Below are positions 28,775 to 37,062 of a DNA stretch of 64,000 bases, one piece after another (position 1 is the first letter of the stretch; the number at the start of each line of letters is the position of its first letter). The notes below the pieces were generated by a model, which saw only the letters and a program-made list of their open reading frames with translations, was not told where the DNA came from and searched no databases. The stretch is taken from the NCBI GenBank assembly GCA_964588985.1, contig CAZPQW010000011.1, positions 32,001 through 96,000 of the forward strand. The letters run 5' to 3'. The stretch comes from an uncultured Solirubrobacteraceae bacterium. Lineage in GTDB: Bacteria; Actinomycetota; Thermoleophilia; Solirubrobacterales; Solirubrobacteraceae. The position numbers were made by a program, and so were the translations under genes.

Positions 28775-29164
28775 GTGATTACGAACGCACGAAGCTCCTC
28801 CCATGCCACATCGTCGACCGAGCCGGTGTACATCGAGCTGACCCAGGCCCAGGTCGATCGCGTCGTACGCGGAGCTTCGGGGGCGGGCACGATGTCCGCC
28901 CTGATGGCTGGGCTCGGAGGCGTACGCCAGACGCTGCAGGACGCACCTGAGCAGATCGAGGACAGACGCCTCTCCAGATCGCTGCTGTCCGGCCTGCTGC
29001 TGCTCGCCTGCTTCCCGACCGACGGCACGTACCTCAGCAACACCGAGGTCGCGCGACTGGTCGGCATGAACATGAGCACCGCCCACCGCTACATCTCCAC
29101 GCTCGTCTCGGTCGGACTGCTCGAACGCGACCCCGGAACGCGTCACTACCGGCTGGCGCAATGA
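28775..29164 (+). CDS. Small IclR-type HTH protein without effector-binding domain, copy 1
   Basis: SRSL..GL.LL.CF......SNTEVARLVGMNMSTAHRYISTLV.VGLLERDP.TR.YRL at the C-terminus; divergent from PadR. Confidence 0.82.
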   Translation: MITNARSSSHATSSTEPVYIELTQAQVDRVVRGASGAGTMSALMAGLGGVRQTLQDAPEQIEDRRLSRSLLSGLLLLACFPTDGTYLSNTEVARLVGMNMSTAHRYISTLVSVGLLERDPGTRHYRLAQ

Positions 29165-29814
29165 CGCTCCCCTTCGCCGCGGATCTCGGATCGACGACTC
29201 GGCCGTCCACGATCGATGACGGCCCGACGATCGTCGGCGAGGAGCAGGAGCTGCTCGATCTGCAGACCCAGCTGCTGCTCGCCGATCGCACCCATCCGGT
29301 CGTGGCGCTCACTCTCGACGAAGAGGAGATCGACGCCGCCGTCCTTTGGCTCGAGGAGATTCGCCCGATCGTCGGCCCGGACACGCGCGTCTACTTCGTC
29401 GAGGAACCTCTGTTGAGCCTCCTGCGCGAGGGACTCGGACGCAAGCTCGCACTGACACCCGGCTCGGCGCGGATCTGGTGGCCGGGGCTCTCCACGCGCA
29501 GCGATCCCGGCGACCACCCACTCGTGCTGGCGCTCGAGGGCGAGAGCCGCGTGGACGTGCTCGCTGAGCTCGCTCGCCAGTTCGACCTCAGCCGCCCGCA
29601 CGTCCGCCGCGAGCTCAAGCTCATCGAGGATGCTCGAGCGCTGGCTGAACACCGTCTCGCCGAGATCGTCGAGCAGGACCAGAGGACGGCGGAGCGCCTG
29701 CGCGACGCCCACCGCGAACGCCACCGTGAAGCGACCCGCGCACAGGCAGCCGAGGCTCGGCTGAACGATGCGCTCAAGCGGCTCGCGGAGTGCGACTGCG
29801 AAGAGTCGGCCTAG
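29161..29814 (+). CDS. Hypothetical protein (alpha/beta domain plus C-terminal coiled coil)
   Basis: ATGA overlap with the HTH gene; R..PVV.LT, GSARIWWPG....DP..HPL, heptad-rich C-terminus. Confidence 0.7.
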   Translation: MTLPFAADLGSTTRPSTIDDGPTIVGEEQELLDLQTQLLLADRTHPVVALTLDEEEIDAAVLWLEEIRPIVGPDTRVYFVEEPLLSLLREGLGRKLALTPGSARIWWPGLSTRSDPGDHPLVLALEGESRVDVLAELARQFDLSRPHVRRELKLIEDARALAEHRLAEIVEQDQRTAERLRDAHRERHREATRAQAAEARLNDALKRLAECDCEESA

Positions 29815-30611
29815 GGGACCAGCTCGACCCCGAGCGCGCTCGCCAGCGTCGCGAGGCCCTCGACCACGTCTCCGTCGAAGCGCACGCTCGCGATCTCGTC
29901 CAGCGGCGTGGTGCCCTGGGTGAGGATCGCCACCGATCCACCCCTCGCCCTGGTCAACAGCGGCAGCCCCGCCACGGGATGGACCTCCAGCGAGGAGCCG
30001 ATGCACAGCAGCACGTCAGCGCCTTTGCACAGCTCGCGCGCACGCCCCAGCGAGCGCTCGTCGAGCATCTCGCCGAACAGCACCACATCGGGCTTCAGCG
30101 GGCCGTCGCACGCCTCGCAGCGCGGCACGCCGTCGGGGTCTTCGGCCAGCCGAGTACGCACCTCCTCGAGCCCGATGCGCCCGCCGCAGACGGGGCAGGA
30201 GCACGTGGCGATGCTCCCGTGCACCTCCACCAGCTCACGTGTGCCGGCGACACGGTGGAGCATGTCGATGTTCTGCGTGATCACGCCGTCGAGCATGCCC
30301 CGCTCCTCGAGCGCAACGAGCACACGGTGCGCGCCGTTGGGCTGCTTACCCCCGAGCGTCGCGAAGCGTTCGCCGTAGAAGCGCCAGAAGCGCACCGGGT
30401 CGCCGCGGAATGCCTCGATGTGCGCCACCTCCATCGGGTTCACGTTCTCCCACAGCCCCGTCCGCGGGGTGCGGAAGTCGGGGATCCCCGACGGGACCGA
30501 GATGCCCGCCCCGGTCAGCGCTACGACCGAGCGGGCGCCTTCGATCAGCTCGGCGAGCGTCTGGATCGCCGGGCGCACGCCGAGAGCGGCCGGTAGGCCG
30601 CCCCTACCCAA
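29811..30611 (-). CDS. cobB: Sir2-family NAD-dependent protein deacylase
   Basis: LTGAGISVPSGIPDFR, PN.AH, ITQNID.LH, HGS, two CxxC, KPDVVLFGE, GSSL.V.P; start may be GTG 30578. Confidence 0.93.
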   Translation of the reverse strand: MGRGGLPAALGVRPAIQTLAELIEGARSVVALTGAGISVPSGIPDFRTPRTGLWENVNPMEVAHIEAFRGDPVRFWRFYGERFATLGGKQPNGAHRVLVALEERGMLDGVITQNIDMLHRVAGTRELVEVHGSIATCSCPVCGGRIGLEEVRTRLAEDPDGVPRCEACDGPLKPDVVLFGEMLDERSLGRARELCKGADVLLCIGSSLEVHPVAGLPLLTRARGGSVAILTQGTTPLDEIASVRFDGDVVEGLATLASALGVELVP

Positions 30612-30614
30612 CTC

Positions 30615-32621
30615 TCACTCGCCCTTGAAGCTCGGCGCGCGTTTGCCGAGGAACGCGGAGATGCCCTCCTTGGCGTCCGCGCTCGCGAACACCGCGGCGA
30701 ACGCACGCTTCTCGTCCTCGACGCCCTGGTCTAGATCGCCGGCCCCTGAGACGCTCTTGATCTGCGCCACCGCGAGCGGCGCCTGCCCGGCGAGCTTGCG
30801 CGCCCACTGCAGCGCGGTGTCGAGCAGTTCGTGGTCCTCAACCAGGCGGTTCACCAACCCGAGCTCGAATGCTTCATCGGCCAGGATCGGATCGCCGACG
30901 AGGTTCATCTCGAGCGCCTTGTTCGTGCCAACCAGGCGTGGCAGACGCTGGGTGCCGCCGAAGCCGGGGATGATCCCCAGCTTGATCTCCGGCTGGCCGA
31001 AGATCGCCGAGCGCGCCGCGATCCGCACGTCGCACGCCATCGCGAGCTCGCAGCCGCCGCCGAACGCGAGGCCGTTGACCGCCGCGATCGTCACGACCCC
31101 GTCCTCGCCGAGCTCTTTGAAGAGCGCGTGCGCGGAGTGGATCAGCTGCTCGCCCGCTGATTCGTCCATCGTCGTGAACGCCTTGATGTCGGCGCCCGCG
31201 CAGTAGAGGAACGGGTTCGAGGAGGCGATCACCAGCGCGTGCACGCCTGAGCTCTTGACCTTGCTCCAGACCTTGCCCAGGTCCTCCACCACCTGCGGGG
31301 AGATCGAGTTCATCTGGCCGTTCGCCAGCCACGCGATCGCCACGCCGTCGGCGCGCGTCTCTAGCTTGACGACCTCGGCCGGCTGCTCGGCGTCCGGCTG
31401 CGGGTAGGCGTAGAAGCCCTGGCCGCTCTTCTGGCCGAGGCGTCCCTGAGCGACGAGACGGCGCAGGATCGTCGGCGGCATGAAGCGCTCGCCGTAGCGC
31501 TCCTGCGCGTTCTCCATCCGCTCGAGGACCGTGTCGAGGCCCTCGACGTCGGCCTTCATGAACGGCGGCATCAACCCTCTGCGAGGGTCCAGGCCGGCGC
31601 CGGCCATCATCCCGAAGTCGATGTCGCGGTGGGTCGCGACGCCCTCCTCGAGCACCAGGCACGCCTCGATCAGTGTCTTCAGCGACAGCATCTCCACCAG
31701 CTCCGCCACGTTCGGCTCGTTGTCGCCCGAGATGTTCGGCTCGCCCTGTGCGTTGTAGAAGCCATCGCCGCCGGTCTTCGCGCCGAGCTTGCCGTCGGCC
31801 ACGAGCTTCTGCATGCCCTTGGGCACGTAGAAGCGTTCCTCGCCGTAGGACTCGACGAGGTGCTCGGCGACGTGCAGCACCGTGTCCAGGCCGAGCAGGT
31901 TCACCAGGTAGTAGGGGCCGATCGGCACCACGCCCGCGGCTCCGACGCCCTCGTCGATCGCTTTGATCGACAGGCCCTTCTCCTCCTGCTCGCGCCACAC
32001 CTCCGAGATCCCCGAGTTGAGGATGCGGTTGACGACGAAGCCCGGGACCTCGGCACAGGTGATCGGCTGCTTGCGGATCGCCTGCGCGAACGTGATCGCC
32101 GCGCTGACAGTCTCGGCGGAGGTTTCCTCGCCCTCGACGATCTCGATCAGCGGCATGATCGACGCGGGGTAGAAGTAGTGGAAGCCCACGACCTTCTCCG
32201 GGCGCAGCGTCGCTTCGCCCATCTCCGTGATCGACAGCGAGGAGGTGTTCGACGCGAGGATCGCGTGGCCGGGGGTGGCCGCGTCGAGCTCCGCGAACAC
32301 GCTCTGCTTTATGTCCATCCGCTCGGGGACCGCCTCGACGACGAAGTCCACGTCGCCGAAGGCCTCATACGAGGTCGTCCCGTGGATCCGCCCCATGACC
32401 GCGTCGATCTGCTCCTGCGCCTGCTCGGCGGTGATCTTGCCCTTCTCGACGAGCTTGTTGATCTGCCCGCTGGTGACGTTGCGGGCCTCGTCGAGGCCCG
32501 CCTGCACGAGTGCGTCGTCGATGTCCTTCAACACCACCGGCGTTCCGGAGGCGGCGATCGTCTGGGCGATCTGCCCGCCCATTGTTCCCGCCCCGACGAC
32601 GGCGGCCTTGAAGACGAACAT
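30615..32621 (-). CDS. 3-hydroxyacyl-CoA dehydrogenase / enoyl-CoA hydratase fusion (HADH N-terminal, crotonase C-terminal)
   Basis: VVGAGTMGGQIA, VVEAVPE, ASNTSSLSI, PGFVVNR, LG.KSG.GFY, then CAGADI, GGGCELA, GQPEI.LGIIPG.GGTQRL; start ATG 32621. Confidence 0.92.
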   Translation of the reverse strand: MFVFKAAVVGAGTMGGQIAQTIAASGTPVVLKDIDDALVQAGLDEARNVTSGQINKLVEKGKITAEQAQEQIDAVMGRIHGTTSYEAFGDVDFVVEAVPERMDIKQSVFAELDAATPGHAILASNTSSLSITEMGEATLRPEKVVGFHYFYPASIMPLIEIVEGEETSAETVSAAITFAQAIRKQPITCAEVPGFVVNRILNSGISEVWREQEEKGLSIKAIDEGVGAAGVVPIGPYYLVNLLGLDTVLHVAEHLVESYGEERFYVPKGMQKLVADGKLGAKTGGDGFYNAQGEPNISGDNEPNVAELVEMLSLKTLIEACLVLEEGVATHRDIDFGMMAGAGLDPRRGLMPPFMKADVEGLDTVLERMENAQERYGERFMPPTILRRLVAQGRLGQKSGQGFYAYPQPDAEQPAEVVKLETRADGVAIAWLANGQMNSISPQVVEDLGKVWSKVKSSGVHALVIASSNPFLYCAGADIKAFTTMDESAGEQLIHSAHALFKELGEDGVVTIAAVNGLAFGGGCELAMACDVRIAARSAIFGQPEIKLGIIPGFGGTQRLPRLVGTNKALEMNLVGDPILADEAFELGLVNRLVEDHELLDTALQWARKLAGQAPLAVAQIKSVSGAGDLDQGVEDEKRAFAAVFASADAKEGISAFLGKRAPSFKGE

Positions 32622-33793
32622 CAGGCGGGAACCGCCGTCGGCTCCTCGGCACGTCGTGGCAGCAGCGTTTCGCGCGCGATCACCAGCCGCTGGATCTGCG
32701 AGGTGCCCTCGTACAGCTGCATGATCTTCGCGTCGCGGAACAGCTTCTCCACGGGGTACTCCTTGATGAAGCCGTAGCCGCCGTACACCTGCACCGCGTC
32801 CGTCGCGATCTTCATCGCCGCGTCCGCGGCGAAGCGCTTCGCGTGCGAGGAGACCAGCGTGTTGCGTTCGCCGTTGTCGAGCATCGTCGCCGACTTCCAC
32901 GTCAGCAGCCGCGCTGCCTCGATTTCGGTCGCCATGTCGGCGATCATGAACTGGATCGCCTGGTGCATCGCGATCGGCACGCCGAACTGGACGCGTTCGC
33001 GCGAGTAGTCGACCGCGAACTCGAACGCCGCGCGAGCGATGCCGGTGGCCATCGCCGCGACACCCGGGCGGGTGCGGTCGAGCGTCATCATCGCCAGTTT
33101 GAAGCCCTTGTTTTCCTCGCCCAGCAGGTTCTCGGCGGGGACCTCGACATCGTTGAAGGAGATCGTCGCGGTGTTCGACGCGCGCTGCCCGAGCTTGTCC
33201 TCCTTCTTGTCCACGACCACGCCCCAGTCGCGCTCGACCACGAACGCCGAGATGCCACGGTGGCCGGCGTCCTTGTCGGTCTTCGCGTAGACGGTGTAGT
33301 AGTCGGCGTAGCCGCCGTTGGTGATGAAGCACTTGGAGCCGTTGATGACGTACTTGTCGCCCTTCTTCACGGCCGTTGTGCGCATGCCGGAGACGTCGGA
33401 GCCGGCGTCCGGCTCGGTCAGGCAGAACGAAGCGAGCTTGGGCGCTTCGGTGAGCATGCCGAGGTACTTCTTCTTGATCTCCTCGGAGCCGCCCAGCGCG
33501 ATCGGCGCGGTGGCCAGGCCGTTGCAGCCGAGCGAGGTCTGGATCCCCGAGCAGCCCCACGAGAGCTCCTCCTCGATCAGGCAGCCATCGAGGTAGCCGG
33601 CGCCGGCTCCGCCGTAGGCCTCCTCGATGTGGGAGTTCATCAGTCCCACCTCCCACGCTTTCTCGACCAGGTCCTGCGGCCACGTGCCGTCCTTGTCGTA
33701 CTCCCAGGCTACGGGGCGTATCTCCTTGACGGCGAAGTCGTGCGCCATCTCGCGCAGGTTCTTCTGCTCGTCTGTGAGCGTGAAATCGACCAT
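32621..33793 (-). CDS. Acyl-CoA dehydrogenase
   Basis: FCLTEPDAGSD, NGSKCFITNG, KEDKLGQR, R.QFG.PI..QAIQF.IADM, YGGYGF..EYPVEK.FRDAK..LYEGTSQIQ. Confidence 0.96.
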   Translation of the reverse strand: MVDFTLTDEQKNLREMAHDFAVKEIRPVAWEYDKDGTWPQDLVEKAWEVGLMNSHIEEAYGGAGAGYLDGCLIEEELSWGCSGIQTSLGCNGLATAPIALGGSEEIKKKYLGMLTEAPKLASFCLTEPDAGSDVSGMRTTAVKKGDKYVINGSKCFITNGGYADYYTVYAKTDKDAGHRGISAFVVERDWGVVVDKKEDKLGQRASNTATISFNDVEVPAENLLGEENKGFKLAMMTLDRTRPGVAAMATGIARAAFEFAVDYSRERVQFGVPIAMHQAIQFMIADMATEIEAARLLTWKSATMLDNGERNTLVSSHAKRFAADAAMKIATDAVQVYGGYGFIKEYPVEKLFRDAKIMQLYEGTSQIQRLVIARETLLPRRAEEPTAVPA

Positions 33794-33840
33794 TCTCAGA
33801 TCTCCTTACGGGCTGGCGCGTGAAAGTGGCGCGGGACATA

Positions 33841-33860
33841 GATTGACTGGTCAGTCAATC
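33841..33860. promoter_or_regulatory. Palindromic operator upstream of the beta-oxidation operon (TetR-type)
   Basis: GATTGACTG-GT-CAGTCAATC: perfect 9-bp inverted repeat in the divergent intergenic region. Confidence 0.7.
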
Positions 33861-33910
33861 CAGAGAGCGGAGGGTAGCGAACGGCAGGCCGATCGGCAAC
33901 AATCAGCAGT

Positions 33911-34399
33911 GTGGACCGCGCCATCGCGACTCTCGTGCTCGGCATCATCGAAAACCCGCTGAGCTTCGTCGTCATCGGCGCGGTCGCCTTCTCGGTGCTG
34001 ATGTGCCTCGTGTTCGCCGCCTCCCGCGGCGCCGGCAGCATGTACGACCAGATCGGCCAGGGCGGCTTCTCGCGCGAAGGCGACCAGCCGAAGAGCGGCA
34101 TGCTCACCCCGATACCCGGCTCGACCGCGGCGAGCGCGGAGCAGGAGCGGGAGATTCGCCAGATGCTCGCCGCGCGCAGCGAGCGGATGGTGCGCCGGGG
34201 CGAGCCGGCGCTGGACGTCGACGCCGAGCTCGCGCGCCTGCTCACGCCCGCAAGCGCACCCGGGAAACACGACGCCGAGCTCGCCGAAGAGGTGCGCCAG
34301 CTCGTCATAGCGCGCAACGAACGGCGTATCCGCCAGGGTCTCGAGCCCCTCGACGAGGACGCCGAGGTGACACGCACGCTCGCGGAGATGGACCCGTGA
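33911..34399 (+). CDS. Hypothetical membrane-anchored protein with internal duplication
   Basis: N-terminal TM, then two copies of E(I/V)RQ..AR(S/N)ER..R.G..LD.DAE..R.L. Confidence 0.72.
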   Translation: MDRAIATLVLGIIENPLSFVVIGAVAFSVLMCLVFAASRGAGSMYDQIGQGGFSREGDQPKSGMLTPIPGSTAASAEQEREIRQMLAARSERMVRRGEPALDVDAELARLLTPASAPGKHDAELAEEVRQLVIARNERRIRQGLEPLDEDAEVTRTLAEMDP

Positions 34400-34433
34400 A
34401 CACAGCGCCGGCGCCGTGGGGTATAAACGCGCC

Positions 34434-34775
34434 ATGACCAACGCGCGCCGCTTCCAGATCGACGAGCTGACCCTCCGTCCCGGCACCTACTTCAACCCGC
34501 AGACCGAGATCATGATCGTCGTCGACGACTCACCCGAGGTCGACCACGAGCTGTTCGAGATGGACGAGTTCGACAGCGACGAGTGGGTGCTGATCGCAGA
34601 GGACACCCCGCTCGACGAACCCAAGCGCGACGAGCTCGTCGAGCGCTTCCAGCTCGCCTACCAGGGGACCAGCGAGCTGTCCGCGGACGACGACGATGAC
34701 GACGAAGACGAGGACGACGACGAAGAGGACGACGAGCTCGACGGCGTCGAAGAGCTGGAGCTCGACAGAGACTGA
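34434..34775 (+). CDS. Highly acidic hypothetical protein
   Basis: ATG 34434 preceded by TATAAA; RPGTYFNPQTE core and poly-Asp/Glu tail. Confidence 0.75.
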   Translation: MTNARRFQIDELTLRPGTYFNPQTEIMIVVDDSPEVDHELFEMDEFDSDEWVLIAEDTPLDEPKRDELVERFQLAYQGTSELSADDDDDDEDEDDDEEDDELDGVEELELDRD

Positions 34776-34793
34776 GTCGCTAGCATCGAAGCG

Positions 34794-36293
34794 GTGCGCT
34801 TGAAGCGTCTCGCGGCACTCGCCCTCGGGGTCCTCGCCCTGGGCGGGGCCGGCTCTCCCGCTGCCCTGGCTGCCCACAAGCACGCGCCGACCGTCACCGC
34901 CGCGCTCCAGAGCCTGCTGCATGGAGGCTCGATCGCGGAAGCCGCCTACCGCCAGGACTACAGCGCGTACGTCGCCGCCAAACGCTCCGTCGGGCGACTC
35001 GGCGGCACCCGCCGCGCGGAGCTGAGCGCGGTCTTGACCAACGTGCAGCAGATGGCCGCCGCCGGCCAGCTGATCCCCTCGCGCCTGCCGGCGGTGTTCC
35101 TCACGCTCGAACGCAACCGCACCTGGTGGACGACCGAACCGCTGCTCGCGAGCGGGGATCGGGTGAGCTTCCCGGGAAGCAAGCTGATCTGGCAGTACTA
35201 CCCCGGACAGGGCATCGAGATCCAATGGCTGGCTACGTTTGGCGAGGGCAACGGCTTCTTCCTCTCCGGCCACGAAAACTCGAACCTGCGCCAGCTGGCG
35301 AGCGAAATCATCCCGCTCGCCACGCAGCGCGCGGGGGGCATCGCGTGGGAGTACCTGTTCCACTTCGACGGCGGCGCGCCGCCATGGACGAGCGGCCTCT
35401 CGCAGGGGACGGCCCTGCAGGTGCTCGCGCGCTCCTACCTGCGCTTCAAAGAACCGGCCGATCTCACGGCGGCCCAGCAGGCGCTCGGGATCTTCAAACT
35501 GCCGCCACCGCAGGGCGTGCGTGTGAGCACCCCCGCGGGCGTGATCTACGCCGAGTACACCTACGCGCCCAGCGACCGCATCCTCAACGGCTTCATCCAG
35601 GCGCTCGTCGGCCTGTACGACTACACCTCCATCACCCAGGATCCGCTGGGGCTGGCGCTGTTCGAAGCTGGAGACGCGGAGGCGCGCGTGCTCACGCCCC
35701 ACTACGACACGGGCGCGTGGTCGCTGTACGACCAGTTCGGCGAATCGAACCTCAACTACCACGAACTGCTCGCCGAATTCCTCCAGCACCTGTGCGAACG
35801 GTCGAAGAAAGGCATCCCGATCGCGCCCGCGGCGCCGCCGCCGGCGCCGAGCACGACGCCCACCGCCCCACCGCCCGCCTCCACCACCTCCAAAACCGGC
35901 GGAGCAAGCTCGGGCGCGGTCGCGGCGAGCGCCCCCACCGCCCCCGTGAGCACGCCGATCGCCGCCGATCAGATCTACTGCACGACCGCGCAGCGCTTCT
36001 ACGCCGACGTGCACACGCCACCCGTGGTCGCACTGCTGACGACGAAGCTGCACGGCGGCACCCGCGGCGGCGTGAAGATGTCGCTGTCGAAGATCTCCAC
36101 CGTCAACCTCACCGTGCGCAAGGGCTCCCACGTGGTCTGGAGCAACAGCGCGACGGTCGGCGGGGGCAAGCCGAAGCTGCTGTGGGTGACGCCCGCCAAG
36201 GGCGGCACGTTCACGGTCACGCTCACCGCCACCGACCTCGCGGGCAACTTCGCCACGACCAACGGCACGATCGTCGTCTCGCCGCATAAGTGA
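34794..36293 (+). CDS. Secreted D-glucuronyl C5-epimerase family protein
   Basis: Signal peptide; W.SG..QG.AL.VL.R.Y, YAEY, ILNGFI.AL.GLYDY, YDTG.WS.YD; Pro/Thr-rich insert and C-terminal Ig-like domain (ATDLAGN). Confidence 0.8.
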   Translation: MRLKRLAALALGVLALGGAGSPAALAAHKHAPTVTAALQSLLHGGSIAEAAYRQDYSAYVAAKRSVGRLGGTRRAELSAVLTNVQQMAAAGQLIPSRLPAVFLTLERNRTWWTTEPLLASGDRVSFPGSKLIWQYYPGQGIEIQWLATFGEGNGFFLSGHENSNLRQLASEIIPLATQRAGGIAWEYLFHFDGGAPPWTSGLSQGTALQVLARSYLRFKEPADLTAAQQALGIFKLPPPQGVRVSTPAGVIYAEYTYAPSDRILNGFIQALVGLYDYTSITQDPLGLALFEAGDAEARVLTPHYDTGAWSLYDQFGESNLNYHELLAEFLQHLCERSKKGIPIAPAAPPPAPSTTPTAPPPASTTSKTGGASSGAVAASAPTAPVSTPIAADQIYCTTAQRFYADVHTPPVVALLTTKLHGGTRGGVKMSLSKISTVNLTVRKGSHVVWSNSATVGGGKPKLLWVTPAKGGTFTVTLTATDLAGNFATTNGTIVVSPHK

Positions 36294-36323
36294 GCCGCCG
36301 CGCCGCGCCTAGACTAGGCGCCA

Positions 36324-37001
36324 GTGACACGACTCGCACACGCATGGCACGCGATGCGCCCTGAGCAGCGGCTGGCCGCGCTGGCCGCGCTCGCGCTGCT
36401 CGTGACGATGTTCTTCCCGTGGTACGGGCTGCAGAGCCTCAACCCCAAGACCAAGGCGATCTACTCGCACAACATCAGCGCGTTCGGCGACGTGTCGTTC
36501 GTCGAGGCCGCGATCTTCCTCGTCGCCGTCGGAGTGGTCGCGATGCTGATCGCACGTGCGGAGGGACGCGACTTCCAGCTGCCCGGAGGCGACGGCACGG
36601 TCGTGCTGATCACGGGCGCGTGGGCGGGCCTCCTGATCTTCTACCGCGTGTTCAGCCGACCCGCCGGCGACGGCTACCCGGTGGGGATCGAGTGGGGGTT
36701 CTTCCTCGCGTTCGTCGCCGCCGGCGGCCTCGCGTTCGCGGGGTTGAGGATGCGCGCGGGCGAACGGCCCTCGCCTCCGCTCGTGCGCCCGCGCGGTGAA
36801 CAGCGCAGGCGCACGCCGGTCAATCCGAGGCCCGTCGATCCGGACAGCCCCGTGCTCGCCTCCGGTCCGCTTCGCCACCATCGCTCCGCGCCGGTTCCCG
36901 CTGCTCGCACGCCGCCCGTCGAGCGCTCGCCGTATCCGCCGGCACCGTCCGGCAAGCCCGAGCAGCTCTCCTTCGAAGACCCGCCCACGCGGGCGGAGTA
37001 G
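36324..37001 (+). CDS. Hypothetical integral membrane protein (4 TM plus Pro-rich tail)
   Basis: Hydrophobic helices with FPWY and WGFFLA motifs; leaderless-type TAGACT 8 nt upstream. Confidence 0.72.
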   Translation: MTRLAHAWHAMRPEQRLAALAALALLVTMFFPWYGLQSLNPKTKAIYSHNISAFGDVSFVEAAIFLVAVGVVAMLIARAEGRDFQLPGGDGTVVLITGAWAGLLIFYRVFSRPAGDGYPVGIEWGFFLAFVAAGGLAFAGLRMRAGERPSPPLVRPRGEQRRRTPVNPRPVDPDSPVLASGPLRHHRSAPVPAARTPPVERSPYPPAPSGKPEQLSFEDPPTRAE

Positions 37002-37062
37002 CCGTACCGCCGAGCCACGCGCGCGGCCCCGCTCTCAGCCGACGCCTATCATTGGTTCGACG

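Noticed and set aside
30615-33839. 1074-aa ORF suggesting a giant fusion
   Set aside because: The N-terminal ~400 aa is an off-frame shadow of the acyl-CoA dehydrogenase; the real gene starts at 32621
34687-34735. GAC/GAA-rich triplet run as a microsatellite
   Set aside because: It simply encodes the poly-Asp/Glu tail of 34434-34775
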